Part shown: positions 50,428 to 64,000 of the stretch, piece after piece
Numbering within the stretch: the stretch's first letter is position 1
Layout of the letters: the number at the start of each line of letters is the position of its first letter
Assembly (NCBI GenBank): GCA_010015805.1
Contig: ML978121.1
Location: 992,001 to 1,056,000 of the forward strand
DNA length: 64,000 nt
Source: Rhizodiscina lignyota
Taxonomy: Eukaryota
Reading direction: 5' to 3'
Notes under the pieces: model-generated
Told to the model about the DNA's origin: nothing
Seen by the model: the letters and a program-made list of their open reading frames with translations, nothing else
Databases searched by the model: none
Program-made: the position numbers and the translations under genes

Positions 50428-50548
50428 ACGCGACTCCAACACGCGTTTGAAACCGAAGTAGCCCCGGTATCCCGGCCTTTAGCCTCTCGTGGAGCAGCAT
50501 AGCTTCAAACCGTTCAACACTCATCTGATTTCGCAGCCTGTTACGCGT
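50428..50548. promoter_or_regulatory. MCB-like elements in the NUP192/TEL1 divergent promoter
   Basis: ACGCGA at 50428, ACGCGT at 50441 and 50543. Confidence 0.45.
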
Positions 50549-50717
50549 CATAAATTTCCAAAGGAGATTGGTACACGTCATTTTCCAACTGTCAGATATC
50601 TCCAATCGCTACATCATTCACAAAAGTGTCGCGAGATTCTTTTACCCCCAAGTATGCGCTGGGAGTGACCTTCACCTTCTCTCACTGTAGGGCTGGGGTG
50701 GTACAGCAGTCGCCAAA

Positions 50718-53700
50718 ATGGGGGAGAAGCAAACGAATATCAGGAAAGCATTGGGTAGTTCTCCATTCTCTTTAAGCAAGTTTAATATTTGCTGACATAC
50801 ACAGATCTGATCAATTCGTCGACCATCAAAGACCGGACGACTGGATTAGGGGACCTCAAGCACCTCTTCACGTACAACGATCGCAATCAGGCAATAGATC
50901 TCATCGACAATGCTCAGTACCTCGTCATCTTCCAGTCACTGTTTGATTGTGTTGGAACAGAGCGCTCTGCATATCTCAAGGCCACCAAAGACGTCCTCAA
51001 AAACAGTGCTGCCAACCGTCTGTCATCATGCGCTTCGGTTCTTCGCGTTGTTGTTGACGCTGGCATCAGTAAGTTCAGCGCAAAGACTGTCAAGGCCCTC
51101 CTAGGGCACATCACCCGGTCTGTGCCTCATCCGGAGTCTGGTCATTGCGAGCCTCTGGTAAACGATTATGCCAAAACGATGTGCGCGATCTTCGAGTACC
51201 AGCCACATGTTGAACACCTCCGAGAGTACTGGACCGAAGTTGTAGACTTTTGCCTTGATGCAATTCGCCTGCAGTCCGATGCTATTGATTTGTCGACCAG
51301 TATGATCAGCAATGGACAGTCCTCCGCGAATACGCTGACTGCATCTGCACGGGCCAATAAGTCCTTTGCGAGTCAATCCGGAAATCGAGCTTCAACTAGC
51401 ACAAACCCCCGTGCAGAGTTTGTCATGTGCGCGAGACGACTTGTACAGGCTCCAAATGCTCCTCTTGCGGATCAAAGTGGAAGTCGAAGTTCCGCAGTCC
51501 TCTCTACAATGATAGACTTCTTAAGTTCGGAACATATGGTTGGGCGTGGTCACCAAGATGCGTTCGCAGCAATCAATATCGTCCTCGCACGCGTGGTGAA
51601 CGACTATGAGGAAATTGCTAGAAGCGCAATTGGAGACCTCGTTCCGATCATCAAAAGCCTCTGGCAAAACAAGCGCTCTGCAATTCGGGAAGAGATGCTG
51701 ACAACACTCATCTACGCCGAAGCACACATTGCGTCCCTCATCAGCAAATCGGACAACGAGTCATTCAAGATCGACGTAGAGAACCTCTTGGAAGTAATGG
51801 TTACCGAATATGCCAAACGTCCGGAGAAAGAAATATTGCAACTCGACGACCTTACTTTGTCCAATCAAGAATTAGCGCAGACGACTAATTACCCCATGCG
51901 TAACCCAGTGTACGGCCTGCAGTCCATGCGTTCCGAAATTCATTGGACAGTCCTCTATATCTTGGCCCGTCTTTCTTTAATGCTTGATGGGTCCAGATTG
52001 TCCGACCCAGATAGTAGCTTAGAACCCGATCAAAACGATCCGAAGAAGAAGGCAAAATTAAACAATCTCATCAGCGACTATCTCCGCCGAATTTCCCTCG
52101 GTCAGTCAAGCTCACGGCTATGCTACGTACAAGTGGTCACATTCATGCTCATGCAATCACGATACGATCTGGAAGTTGTATCAAACATACTTGAAAAGGT
52201 TCCTCCCCTGCTTGGCGACTCTAATCCGACCGTAGCCTCATGGGCAATGCTTTGCCTGGCATGCTGCACACATCAATCAACCGCGGGTTCGACTGTACTG
52301 TCAGAGGCTTGGCTCACTATGTGGAGAACAGCAGGGCGAAGTGTTCCAAACACTTCCACTTGTCGTGTCGCCTGCCATCTACTCAACAATTTGCTGCTTC
52401 GTGGCATTGTCAGATACACGTCTGTGTCTTCTGTCGTCGATGGAATGTTTACATCAGTTGACTTCAATGGGCCTGCACTACTCTGCGATTCAAGCCTTCA
52501 AATGTGGACAACCTTGATCAAAATAAGGCTCTCTGAAAATCCGAGCAGTGGTCATGGGACGATTGAGCGCATTGTGCATTGGTTATTTAACAAATGGACG
52601 CCAAGTATGTTAATCCGGTTGCCCTCTTGTATCTAAACTAAATATCCTACTAGGTAAATTCCAGGATCGTTCATATGCCACCATGGGTCGCCATCATTAC
52701 GGTGCAAGTGAGATTACTTCAGCAATTTTAGCTTGGTTAGGGAGGCCTCATCAACGCCAAGACTCGAGAGCATTTACCGTCCTCGGCCCCCTTTCAAGAG
52801 CCTTCATATACGCGGAGCGGCATCGAGATTTGTCAAACTACCTCCTCTTGCGACAGGAACTTCGACCAGAGTCTCCTGAAAGTGTGCCTCAACCCTCTTC
52901 AGCAATATCTTTCTCAAGCAAAGCTGGAATGCTGTCTGGACCCGATACTCTGGTTATCGAATTCTGCCTTTCGGAGACGGAAAAGTTACGCTCAAGTTGG
53001 GAAGACAGTGTGGTCGAGAGACCAAAGACAATCACTGCTCATGTCCTCAAAATCGTGTTACCACTGATTTTCGTGAATTCATCCTTCATCAGCAAAGAGG
53101 TATCGAGAAATGAGCGTCGGCTGGAGGAACTGCGAAAGGCCAACGACTCTCTCATAAAGCTTATCGCGTCTTTCCTCTCACGATCCGATACAGATGATGA
53201 AAAAGTCGACACTGTTCTCTCGGCCATAGCCAATGTACTCCCTGTACCTTCACAACTTCAAAGTCTGCAAACGAATGTCTTTTCGGACTGCGGAGCCCTA
53301 CCTTTTGCCCTTCACCTCTGTCGGGTAATCGAGGAACGCACAGTATCCCACGGTGCCACAAGAGCTACTGTCGGTGACGATTTCATGGACTTGGACATTG
53401 AGTCTCAAGAGAGTCGTGGGCATCATGGAAACGGTGTCGTCAACATTGCTAGAGACGATGTAACGGCATGCACAAATTCATTGGCTCACAAAAATTCGAT
53501 CGTAGCTTACATTCGCCTTATCTCCGCAGCCTTCGAGGCATCCACCGTTGACGACAGCACCGAGTCTGTGCCGTCTACATTTTTCGAGTGGTTGAAAGGC
53601 TTATCGCCAACTAATCTCTACTATTGCCGGCCATTGCTAAGTGGGCTAGTCACTTCTCAGCTGCGAGTCGGTTGGGATGATGCCAATGACTTGCTGGAAC

Positions 53701-56700
53701 TTCTTGCATCGACCTTTCTTGAAGACTATGAGTTCAATCTTTCGGAGGGGGCTATTGTCTATACAATAGAGGTGGTAATGGCGACAGCGCCTGACTGGGC
53801 CGCGCCGGAAGCTGATTCTGATAACATCGGCTATCAGCTTTACGAGTGGACATTGGATCTCCTGAAAAAGAAAGCGCTGTCGCCTCGATCGCAAACAGCA
53901 CTCGCCGACCTCTGCTCTCGTTTAATTCACGTCCAAGCCGAGTATTCCTTTGCTCGAACGACTTTGTTCAAACTTCTCTTGGATGGTGAGATCCAAGTGA
54001 AGTACCGTGTCGGAAGACTCATCCCTGACATATTCGGTCGGTGGATCCTCGCTGAGCATGACGCAATCTTCGACGACCTCCGTCAGCATAGTTTGCCAAA
54101 GGATATGGGATGGAGAGAAGGACTGGCCATGCGTCTTTTTGTTCTAGCTGAACTGGCTGCTCGCTGGCAAACGCTTTTGCGCCGATGCATCTACCACATT
54201 TTCGAAACGGCAGGAACGGTACCAGAGTCTTCCGGACATGCGTCAATCTGCATGTCTAAAATAGCAAGAGAACTGCGACTGGACGATACACCAGCTCTCT
54301 TTAGACTTTTTTCGTCTCAGCTTTTCTATACTTGGCTGGAGAGTCAGCCACTCAGCACCATCCCTTACTCCATCTTCGACTACGAGAGCCTTGAAACGCT
54401 CCTTGTTGACGTTCAAGACGAAGCTATCGCCCAATTGATCATGAGAGGGAAAGACGACGATCTGACTATGCTACTATCTGTTCTTAGAAAATCCCCAGCG
54501 GAAGCAATGCAAAGTGCCTTTAGCAAGTCAACTGCCTATGCACTTTCTTGGGATGTCATTTCCAAAGATAACACCAAGAGCGCTGAGACTCGTTTGTTGT
54601 CAACACTAGGGAAGGATGAGTACCTTCGACTGGTAAAGACGTGTCTGCACGAAATAATTGCGGTGGTTTTCTGCACGACGGACGATCCGGACCTCTTCGA
54701 CAAGGTGCTCTCGAAAAAACCACAGGCAGCCGCGCAAGTCAAACGTTTGCAAAGTATTAAGCGCACCAGTTCATCTGAAACCGAACTTCCATCAAGCCTA
54801 CAGCCGTCTTTTCCTACGAAATATTTCGTCAATCAGTTGGACCGGCTCTGTCACAGAACTCAAGAAAGCTACGAAGATCTATGGAGTCCGGATCGCTTCG
54901 TTTTCACTTTACGGGTATTGCTCGGGAGGATGGTACCAGCACTTGGGTCTCTTCATGCCTGTGCTTGTATCAGAGAGATTCGAGTCTTGGTGGCACTTGC
55001 TGGAGATACTGCTTTAAGCGGATATCCACTGGAGATGGCCATCAATGGCCTTCGACCCTTTCTCACAGACCAACAGTGCGCCGATGACGCTCTTGGGGTT
55101 GTCCAGTATCTCTATGAGCACGGCAAGCCTTATCTGCAGTCTGAGCTTTCCTTCATGGCCGGCTCATCGGTCGCCACACTCCTCTCAATTAAACTCTTTC
55201 TGACAGCAACGCAAGACAGCACGACTCAAGGTAGCCAATATCAGGCGACAATGAAGAAGGCCGACGCATTCGATAAGTGGTTTTCTGGCTATCTGGAGTC
55301 CTTTGCTCCCAGCGATGCTGGAGCAGAAGGAAAGCGGTTTGCTAGCTTAATAGAAAAAGCCTCAACCAGCCATGGGAGTGGTAGCGCAGTTGCCGGATCT
55401 CCTGAGGGTGCCTTGCTTCTTGAGCTCTTTAGAGATGTGCGCTCAGCTCACAAACTTCTCGACGAACCATCACGCGAATTAATTTACGGAAAGCTTCAGC
55501 AGTCCTTTCAGGGTCTTCCTAACGTGCGAGACGATATCTTATCGAGAGATGAAGATGCTGCTTTGAATATTAAAGAAGTCTGGACGTCACTTGACAGCAG
55601 ACGGGAAAGCAGCAGTTATTCGTTGTGGGCGGGTAGAGCTCTTGGTCGGGCGTATAACGCTTTGAATGCTCCAATGCGAGTTGCAAGGCAACTACAGACT
55701 CAGAAAACTGCGCCTAACAAACTCGCTGGCGCAGTTTATGCTGCTGATGACTTGCAATCTGCTCCCACGGTCTCAAAGTCTTTCATTGTGCGCAAGATCT
55801 TTGAACTTGTACGAAGGGAGGATCAGAACATTGTTGGCTGTGCAGAAGAGACTCTGCGTAGCTTTATTGAACGTACCCTGACCAAGGATCTCGAAGGAAA
55901 CGATGCGGTGCAGAATGTTTTGCCAGATCATGTTCAAGTCGCGCTACTCATCCCTCAAAGAACTGCGGGAAAATCAAAGCAATGGGGCTCAAACATTAAT
56001 GAACTTGCTGCTTCGAAAGCGGAGCAAGATACCGCAGGATGGATCCGCGAGCTCATAATTGCGCTAGCTTGTACAGCCAAAACAGATGGCATTGTCGGCT
56101 CACTACCCGACATTCTGTTTGCAGTTCCTGGTCTAGCCGAGTCCCTCTTCCCTCAGGTTCTCCATCTGGCCTTGCAGCAAGACTACAGCAAGGATCGATC
56201 TCTGCATTTGGCAATGTCTGACCTGTATCGTCGCTTGTTCAATAACAGTGATAGTACAGCGACGGAGAAAATCAGGATTCTACTCACTGGCCTGCTGTAT
56301 CTCCGAAAACAGCCACGTCCACATGAGGATACGCATCTTGATCGAAACGAATGGCTTGAGATCGATAATATCGAGGCTGCTCGAGCAGCACTCCGATGTG
56401 GAATGTCGACCACAGCTCTTTTGCTTGCAGAGACTTGTGGCCCACAGCTAAAACAAACGTCCCGACGATCTTCTGTGCAGCAGTCTCGAAGTATTCCTTC
56501 AGATCTGCTCCTCTGTATTTACGAGCGTTTGGACGACCCTGACTCTTTCTACGGTGCCCAGCAAGATTATGGCTTGGATTCAGTGCTTGCGCGACTTGAC
56601 TTCGAACGAGATGGATACAAGAGTCTGGTTTTTCGTGGTGCAAGATTGGACAGTCAAATGTGTCGTAATAATGTCATGTCCGTAGCTGATACGCAGGGTA

Positions 56701-59700
56701 TTGTGCATTCGCTCATGGACTTGAATCTCAACAGTCTCACGCATGTCATGTTATCGAGTTCCCGCTTCAACGATGTGGGAGGTGACATGCTTGATTCTTC
56801 TCTTGTAGCGGCCCGAAATCTACAGCAGTGGGATCTCAAAGCGCCAGAAGAGAGGGCTAGCGACGCAACCACCATATTCAATGCACTCCAGGCCGTTAGG
56901 AACGCCACGCGCACCGAAGACATTCGAAAGAGCCTGGACTCAATGTATCTCAAGGCTCTGGATCTGGCACAGCAAGGCGGTGCGACGTCTTCATCTACGC
57001 ATCGAAGCTTACAGACTCTGGCCGTGCTCTCAGAAATCGACGACGTTCTTTCAAGCTGTTCGAAGGAATTGTTAGACGATACCTGGTCGAAGATGTCTCG
57101 GCGGTATAACCTCGCAGATGGCGATCGGTATGTTCTCCTCTATATATCATAGTCAACACTAATGCGGTCCAAGATTTGATGATATTCAGCCTATACTATC
57201 TTCCAGGCAAACTCTTTTCAGTATCCTCAACAGCAACGAAAATCTACAGAGGATCTTACATACGTCACCAAAGGATATTCGGGGCTTGGAGCTCCAAAGC
57301 TTGCTCTCTGCATGTGCTCTATCGAGGAGAAATGGAGAGCTTAAAGGCTCTCTTGCAGCCGCCACTTATCTGAATGATATCGTCCCAGCTTGCGGCGACA
57401 TTGGTTTGCGCATCGAAGCTGCCGCAAAGTTCGAAGCAGCGCAGGTACTATGGGACCAAGGGGAGACGCATGCATCGATTAGGACCCTTCAGCAAATCCA
57501 TTCCAACATCAATCTCGACCACGAAAGCTTCGCTCCTCCTTCTTACACTGTGCTGGCCAAGTTGGTGAGCTAACTCCGTATACCAACGACCGTAAGTGTA
57601 CTAATCTGCTACAGGCTCATCAAATTGCTGAGGCTCGACTGGAAAAGCCGCGGGAAATCATCGACAACTATCTCCTGCCAGCAATCAAAGAATTAGAAAA
57701 TCATAGTAATGACGCGCAAGCTGGTGAAGTTTTTCACGAGTTTGCTAGTTACTGTGACCAGCAACTTCAGAAAGTCGATGACAAGGAAGAACTCACCCGA
57801 GCTCAAAAACTCCGTGATCGACGTCAAGAAGAAGTCGACAAGCTCTCTGGTACTTCCAAAGGCTCCAAGCAGGCTCGTGAGAAAGGCTCGATGACCAGAA
57901 AGCTTCGAGAGGTCCGCAGTTGGCTCGAGATAGATGAAGAGGTGTTCAACCGGTTGCGCAGCCAGCGAGAGACGTACGTCAAAATGAGTCTTCAGAATTA
58001 TCTGAAGACGCTTGAAGTTTCGGACGACTACGACAATGATGTGTTACGCTTCATAGCTCTCTGGTTGGAGTTCTCGGACCTCAACCTTGCGAACACCACG
58101 GTGAAAGATCACATCTCGAGTGTCCCTAGTGGGAAGTTTGCTGCTACCATGAACCAATTGTCGTCCCGACTCCAGGCGGATAAGTCAAACTTCCAGAGCT
58201 TGCTTTCAGATTTGGTCTTTCGACTCTGTAGAGACCATCCTTATCATTCGCTTTACCAGTTGTACTCGGGTGTTCAATCGGCTGGCCTCCGTGACGATGT
58301 CGCAAAGCTAAGGCACAAGGCTGCAAAAAATGTCAGTTCGCTTCTCCAAGCCAATGCGCAAGCCTCCCCATACTGGGTTTCCATATCGCAAGCAAATGCG
58401 CTATACGATCAAGCTGCGATGTACAGGAACAAGAGTGAACTCGTGGCGGGTAAGGAGTACTCGTTGGAGCAATTCCATGTTACAAAGGACATGGCAAAAA
58501 AGATTCCGAAATGCAAAGTCCCGCCGGCGACAATGCATGTGGATATACGCAGAGACTGCAACTACAAAAGTGTTCCAGTCATTGCTCAGTTCAGATCCAA
58601 GATGAAAATTGCCAGCGGTCTAAGTGCCCCTAAAATCATCACAGCAGTGGCCAGCGATGGGAGCCAGTACAGACAACTGGTAAGTGAGAAATTTCATTTT
58701 CTCGAGCTTTGCTAACAGTAGTTTAGCTCAAAGGTCTGCAAGATGATCTCAGACAAGATGCGATTATGGAACAAGTATTTGAGCAGGTCAGTAAACTGTT
58801 ACGTCGCCACCCTGCGACGCGGCATAGGAATCTACAAATCCGAACATACAAAGTCATACCACTGAGCGCAGTGTCTGGAATCATCGAATTTGTCCCAAAT
58901 ACGATACCACTTCATGACCTCATAATGCCCTTGCATGAGAAATATCATCGCACGGACTTGAGGCAACAATCTTGTCGAGACAAGGTCGGGGCTGCTGCGA
59001 ACGATACCAATGAGGCCCGAATCAAAACATTCAAGAACGTCTGTCAAAAGTTCAACCCAGCAATGCGCTTTTGGTTTCTCGAAAACTTTCCTGATCCCAA
59101 CGAATGGTTTGAGAAGAGACTAGGATATACACGCAGTGTGGCAGCAAATTCTATTCTCGGGCATATCCTCGGCCTCGGCGATCGGCATCTTCACAACATT
59201 CTCGTGGACACTCAGAGCGGAGAAGTCGTCCATATTGATCTTGGCATTGCTTTCGAAGCAGGAAGGGTACTTCCTGTTCCTGAAATAATTCCTTTCCGGT
59301 TAACTCGCGATATTGTAGACGGCATGGGCTACTCCAAGACAGAAGGAGTATTCCGCCGTTGCTGCGAGTTTACTCTAGAGGCTTTGCGAGAGGAGCGCGA
59401 CAGCATCATGACTGTGCTAAACGTCCTTCGGTACGACCCATTGTACACTTGGACCGTTTCCCCAACGAGAGCACAGAAAATCCAAAAGAACGACAACGAT
59501 GAGGATGGTGAAGGAGTCGATGAGATTGCAGAACAAGCTTCAAAGCAAAAGGAAGACGATGGGGGTGAAGCCGGCAGAGCTCTCGCAGTGGTGGAGAAGA
59601 AGCTCTCGAAGACACTCAGCACAGCTGCAACCGTCAATGAGTTGATCCAGCAAGCCACCGATGAGCGGAACTTGGCCTTGCTGTTCGCTGGTAAGTTATC

Positions 59701-59766
59701 CTTGTGCTTCGTGTCTATGGCGACGAAAATGCTGACATAGTATTAGGATGGTCCGCTTGGGTGTAG
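50718..59766 (+). CDS. TEL1: Serine/threonine kinase Tel1/ATM (PIKK family)
   Basis: N-terminal TAN-like [13 protein letters not shown] region; kinase motifs [41 protein letters not shown] end [13 protein letters not shown]; six introns. Confidence 0.95.
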
Positions 59767-60022
59767 ACGTGTGCGAGGGATTGGTGAATTTTGCTTTCTC
59801 TGTAAACATTCGGCGTCATATTTGACGCTCTTAATAGTCTTTTCTTTGTAAATAGCTGCATTGCCTGGCCATACTCCGTAGGCATGGCATATAGATATCC
59901 CACGGCAAGTTCCGAACGTCACATGTGGGGTGCTGCTGTGACTCCAACACTTTTATAATAGTAATTGCCCACCTTCTGCGTTGAGTCATGCTCAATATTC
60001 GACACCAACAATTCCTCGCATC

Positions 60023-61490
60023 ATGTCCACCGAATCGGCAAATTCAGTCCCCAATGGAACTCCCAATACTGCAGCAGAACCAAACCAGACCAACGGAACC
60101 GCGCAACCTCCTGAGAAGAAGTTGACCGGTGCAGAGTTGAAGAAGCAGAAGCAAGCCGAAAAGCAAGCCAGAAGAGCCCAAGCGAAAGAATCACCGGGAG
60201 CCCAAGCATCACAAAAGCCACCATCCACTCCGTCAAAACCGCAGCAATCCTCGTCGAAGTCGCCGAAATCTCAGCAAGGGAAGAATGCGCCGGAGAAGCA
60301 GCAGCAACAGCAGTCGCCAAAGGCACAACAGCAGGGAGCAAAAGTGAGGCGGTCATCAGAGACTGCGATGGCACCAAAGCCAGCTCTAGTGAAGCGTGTC
60401 GGGCTTTTTGGTCATCTCTATGGCCAGCCTAGACGACATAATACTGTTAACGCAGGAAAGGACATTCATCCCGCAGTGCTCGCACTTGGCTTGCAAATGA
60501 GCAGCTATGAGATATGTGGCAGCAATGCGCGGTGTGTGGCGATGCTTCTGGCATTCAAGAGTGTGAGTATAACTATGCTTCTTCTACCGTATCTCGTAAT
60601 CTAATGGGTCCGATGTGTAGGTCATTCATTCCTACACCACACCTCCTGGAACTTCCCTCGCACGACATCTCACCTCTCATCACCTCTCGCCCCAAATCGA
60701 TTACCTCAAGTCATGCCGTCCTATCAGCATCAGTATGGGCAACGCTATCCGCTGGCTAAAGGACCTCATCATCAAAATCGACCCCGACGTTCCAGAATCT
60801 GAAGCGAAACAGTCCCTCATCGCTGCCATCGACTCCTTCATCCGTGAGCGCATCACCGCCGCAGACACTCTTATATCCCAAACTGCTTCCTCGAAAATAA
60901 GAGATGGCGATGTCATCCTCACATTTGCTAAGTCGAGCATAGTGCTGCAGACTCTCTTGGAAGCACATGCAAATGGTACGAAATTCAGGGTCATTGTAGT
61001 GGACTCGAAACCGCTATTTGAAGGCCGCAAGCTCGCTGAAGAGCTCGTGGAGCATGGGTTAGACGTACAATACAACCTCATAAGTGCAGCTGCACATGCT
61101 GTGAAAGAGGCGTCGAAAGTATTCGTTGGGGCGCATGCGATGATGGGCAATGGTCGATTATACTCGCGCGTTGGAACTGCGATTATTGCAATGCTAGCTC
61201 ACGATAGAGACATTCCGGTCATAGTTTGCTGTGAGAGCGTCAAATTCACTGAACGAGTCGCGCTTGACAGCATAGTGGGTAACGAAGTTGCTCCGGCAGA
61301 AGAGCTCCTTGCACGCGGAGAGGAAGGGGAGGGACAGATCAAGAGATGGCAGGAGACACCAAATCTACAACTGTTGAACGTGATGTACGATGTTACGCCA
61401 GCGGAGTATATCAAGATGGTGGTCACGGAGTATGGCTCATTACCGCCAAGTTCGGTACCTGCGGTCTTGAGGAATTTGGGCACGATTTGA
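60023..61490 (+). CDS. GCD2: Translation initiation factor eIF2B delta subunit
   Basis: IHPAVLALG, GSNARC, intron 60563-60620, CRPISISMGNAIRWLK, VVDSKPLFEG, LYSRVGTA, YDVTP, TEYGSLPPSSVP. Confidence 0.93.
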
Positions 61491-62032
61491 GGCGAATGAG
61501 AAAGCCACTTTTGGATTTGCACTATCATGTTTTATGGATTCACGACTAAGCATGGAACGAGCGTACATGTCTTTGCAACTCTAAAATAGCATCGGTCTTC
61601 CGGCGCCCATCGGAGCGAGATCAAAGGGAATTGAAGAGTAGAGCAAGCGAAAGGCTTTTTGCTCGCCGATATCGCTTCTACGTCATAGAGTGTTTCATTT
61701 CCGCGGCCGCTTTTTGAATTTGTTGTGGGCACTCGCTCCTCCATTCACAAGCACCAACCACGCTTCCTTGGAAACCTTCCCTCACTCTTCAAGCTCACCC
61801 GCGACAACAGACACGGCGTATGTAAGATAGTCAAGCAGTCTTGCTCTCACGGCTTGATCGTTTGAGTGACCCTTATACGGTATGGAGAATCTCTCAGTTT
61901 TTTCACCGCTAACAAAAATTTCACAACACCCGATCAGTTCTTCCACCAAACGGCATTCCGGCTTTTCCTTTCCATCATACACTTCTACAGTTCGATTACA
62001 TTGCGCAACGTTCTCTTTCGATCCTTTCGACA

Positions 62033-63379
62033 ATGACAGAACATCCAGGGACCACGCAGTTGAGCGTGGTACCATCTGCTGACGAGATTCTCGCCGAAAG
62101 TCTCCGCCAACTTTGCATAGAAGATGTCACGGAGGCAAAATCGGTGTTCCGATTCCTTGATCTCCCTTTAGAACTTCGTAACGAAATCTATGAGGACCTG
62201 CTTTTGCACTACCGCCCCGGATTAATGCACGCGTACCATGAGAACGAGACATTCTGGAAAACCCCGTCTGAACTGTGGCCAGACTACCAGAAAGAGGAGC
62301 TACGTCCGCTCCTGGACGAAATAATGGGCGTCTCTTGGAGCAAGTCATACTTTCCGAGCGCTATCTTCGAGGTCAACAAGCAAATCCGTCAGGAGAGTCT
62401 GCATATTGTCCATTCAGCGAAGCTGACTTGGATCATTGTACACACGGATATGCCGGATTACGCTCGCAAGCTGTCCTCAGCGGGCTTTCCTGTCGCCTTG
62501 GCATCGCAAATCCACAAGATTAGGCACCCCATCATGACTGTCAAGCTTGCCTTTAATCGTAACCGCCCTGGGCTTGCGTATCTTCAGGACCCTTTCGCCG
62601 TACACATACGCGACGCCCACAATGTCTTTCGTGCTCTGAATCTTACAGAGTCGAAAGGACGGTGCTACATAACTGCCAGGTTTTGGGAAGTTCCGGAGTC
62701 TACTGAGTTGTCACAAGCACAGAGTGTGATTCAGAACATGGTAGAGTCTTTGGCGCTCTGCCGTGGAGTTCGCAAATTGATATTTGAAGGCGTAAACGAG
62801 CTCCCAAAGAGATTGGATGTGGGTGGAGACGTTGGTCAAACCTGGGGAATGAAGATCGCCGACATTCGTTGGAGGGCACGTCGCAATAGGAAGCTGCGGG
62901 AGTTTGTGTGTCCCTTTCAGGGGTACAGGACGGCTGGGGCAGACGCATGCAAAGTTCAGGACTGGACAGCGGCCAGAGGCATCTACATTTGTGCTATCCT
63001 CAAAGCTCGCGATGTGATGATGCGCTACGACGATCCACGCAGCGTACTCTCCATGCCTGAAGATCTTCCCATTCTTGTCTGCCTATTCATGTCCAACCTT
63101 GGCTTCTGCTCCTACAAACTCGGAATGTACCGAGCAGCACTACACCAGCTGAATTTAGTCATGGAATGCACGGGAGGTCCAGGATATTGGCTCACCGAGG
63201 CGTTCTATCGTCGTGCCCTTGTCTACAACGCGCTTGGGAAGTATGCTGATGCACTCCTCGACCTCGTACGAGCTTTGTGCAGACTTCTTGGCGATTCTAC
63301 CATCCTCAAGGAGATTTCCAACCCAAAGAACATGCTCGCGGAAGTGGCTGGGGCCGAGGAAGAGGCTGCTGCCGTCTAG
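62033..63379 (+). CDS. F-box-like N-terminus plus C-terminal TPR protein
   Basis: FRFLDLPLELRNEIY, VNKQIRQES; TPR-like SNLGFCSYKLG..AFYRRALVYNALGKYADALLDL; intronless. Confidence 0.7.
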   Translation: MTEHPGTTQLSVVPSADEILAESLRQLCIEDVTEAKSVFRFLDLPLELRNEIYEDLLLHYRPGLMHAYHENETFWKTPSELWPDYQKEELRPLLDEIMGVSWSKSYFPSAIFEVNKQIRQESLHIVHSAKLTWIIVHTDMPDYARKLSSAGFPVALASQIHKIRHPIMTVKLAFNRNRPGLAYLQDPFAVHIRDAHNVFRALNLTESKGRCYITARFWEVPESTELSQAQSVIQNMVESLALCRGVRKLIFEGVNELPKRLDVGGDVGQTWGMKIADIRWRARRNRKLREFVCPFQGYRTAGADACKVQDWTAARGIYICAILKARDVMMRYDDPRSVLSMPEDLPILVCLFMSNLGFCSYKLGMYRAALHQLNLVMECTGGPGYWLTEAFYRRALVYNALGKYADALLDLVRALCRLLGDSTILKEISNPKNMLAEVAGAEEEAAAV

Positions 63380-64000
63380 GAACGACGGGGGTATTAAAGG
63401 ATGTCTTCGAGCATGAACAAGAAGAATTCGAAATTCGGGGATAGGAGACAAGCAGGTGAAGAAGCAGAAATGAAAAGTTACATCTGGCAAATGCAAGAGG
63501 CATAATTGCGGACTTGCCTCCACGAGTTATTTGGTTATTTTGGCTTCTTTGAACTTCTTTGGCTTAAAGTTTGATGACTCTTGCAGAAGGTCTGATTAAA
63601 GAAACGTGTGGTTATTAGTGCTACGTTCGGGTCGGGAAGCTTTAATGATACAACGAGGCAGCTGGAATACTTTCTCAATCACCAGTTGAAATGTATGATT
63701 GAAAAAAAGTAATTGGAGTCACAAATAGAATTTCCTATCTCTTTGAGGATGCTATTACATCCAACAGATCAATTACAAGTAATGTCTCTAGGGAGTGTGA
63801 TTATCTAAGTCGTAAAATCCAACCAATACCGATGCGCCCATGTTATTCGAGATGCTTTTCATTGTGATCCTTCAGATGCAGCGTGTCCAGTTTTCTTCAG
63901 ACCTGAACGCCGTGTTCAGTATCTCCCATAGCCCTCAGGCTTAGCTGCCGAGCTGGTGCTCTGCGCACCCCAGCCTTCTGAAGCGCGGCTGCTTGCGGAA

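Noticed and set aside
63915..64000. Possible 3' end of a minus-strand gene (SASSRASEGWGAQSTSSAAKPEGYGRY-stop)
   Set aside because: Too short at the window edge to support.

Overview
Gene-dense window from a filamentous ascomycete (Pezizomycotina; Dothideomycete-like is my inference), with short spliceosomal introns and clear repeat-induced point mutation (RIP). Conserved housekeeping genes: UTP8-like (partial), ELG1, POP7, LIP2, FAR9/VPS64-like (SLMAP), MGR2, DUF4112, DUF4211, GCV3, MRP17, NUP192, TEL1/ATM and GCD2. Metabolic or accessory genes: secreted carboxylesterase, GH43, a membrane alpha/beta hydrolase, a GMC oxidase-hydrolase fusion, DJ-1/PfpI, TPR-SET, acyl-CoA thioesterase, F-box-like/TPR and two orphans. 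A full-length, RIP-destroyed pogo/Fot1 transposon (24921-27073, TIRs plus TA duplication) sits in the POP7/LIP2 divergent promoter. The most unusual gene is a strongly divergent Dcp2-like decapping enzyme whose tail carries recently amplified repeats resembling helical leucine-rich motifs. Exon structures were assembled by eye and family calls come from recalled motifs; no database search was run. I found no tRNA, rRNA or CRISPR features, and no demonstrably new biological system, only candidates.
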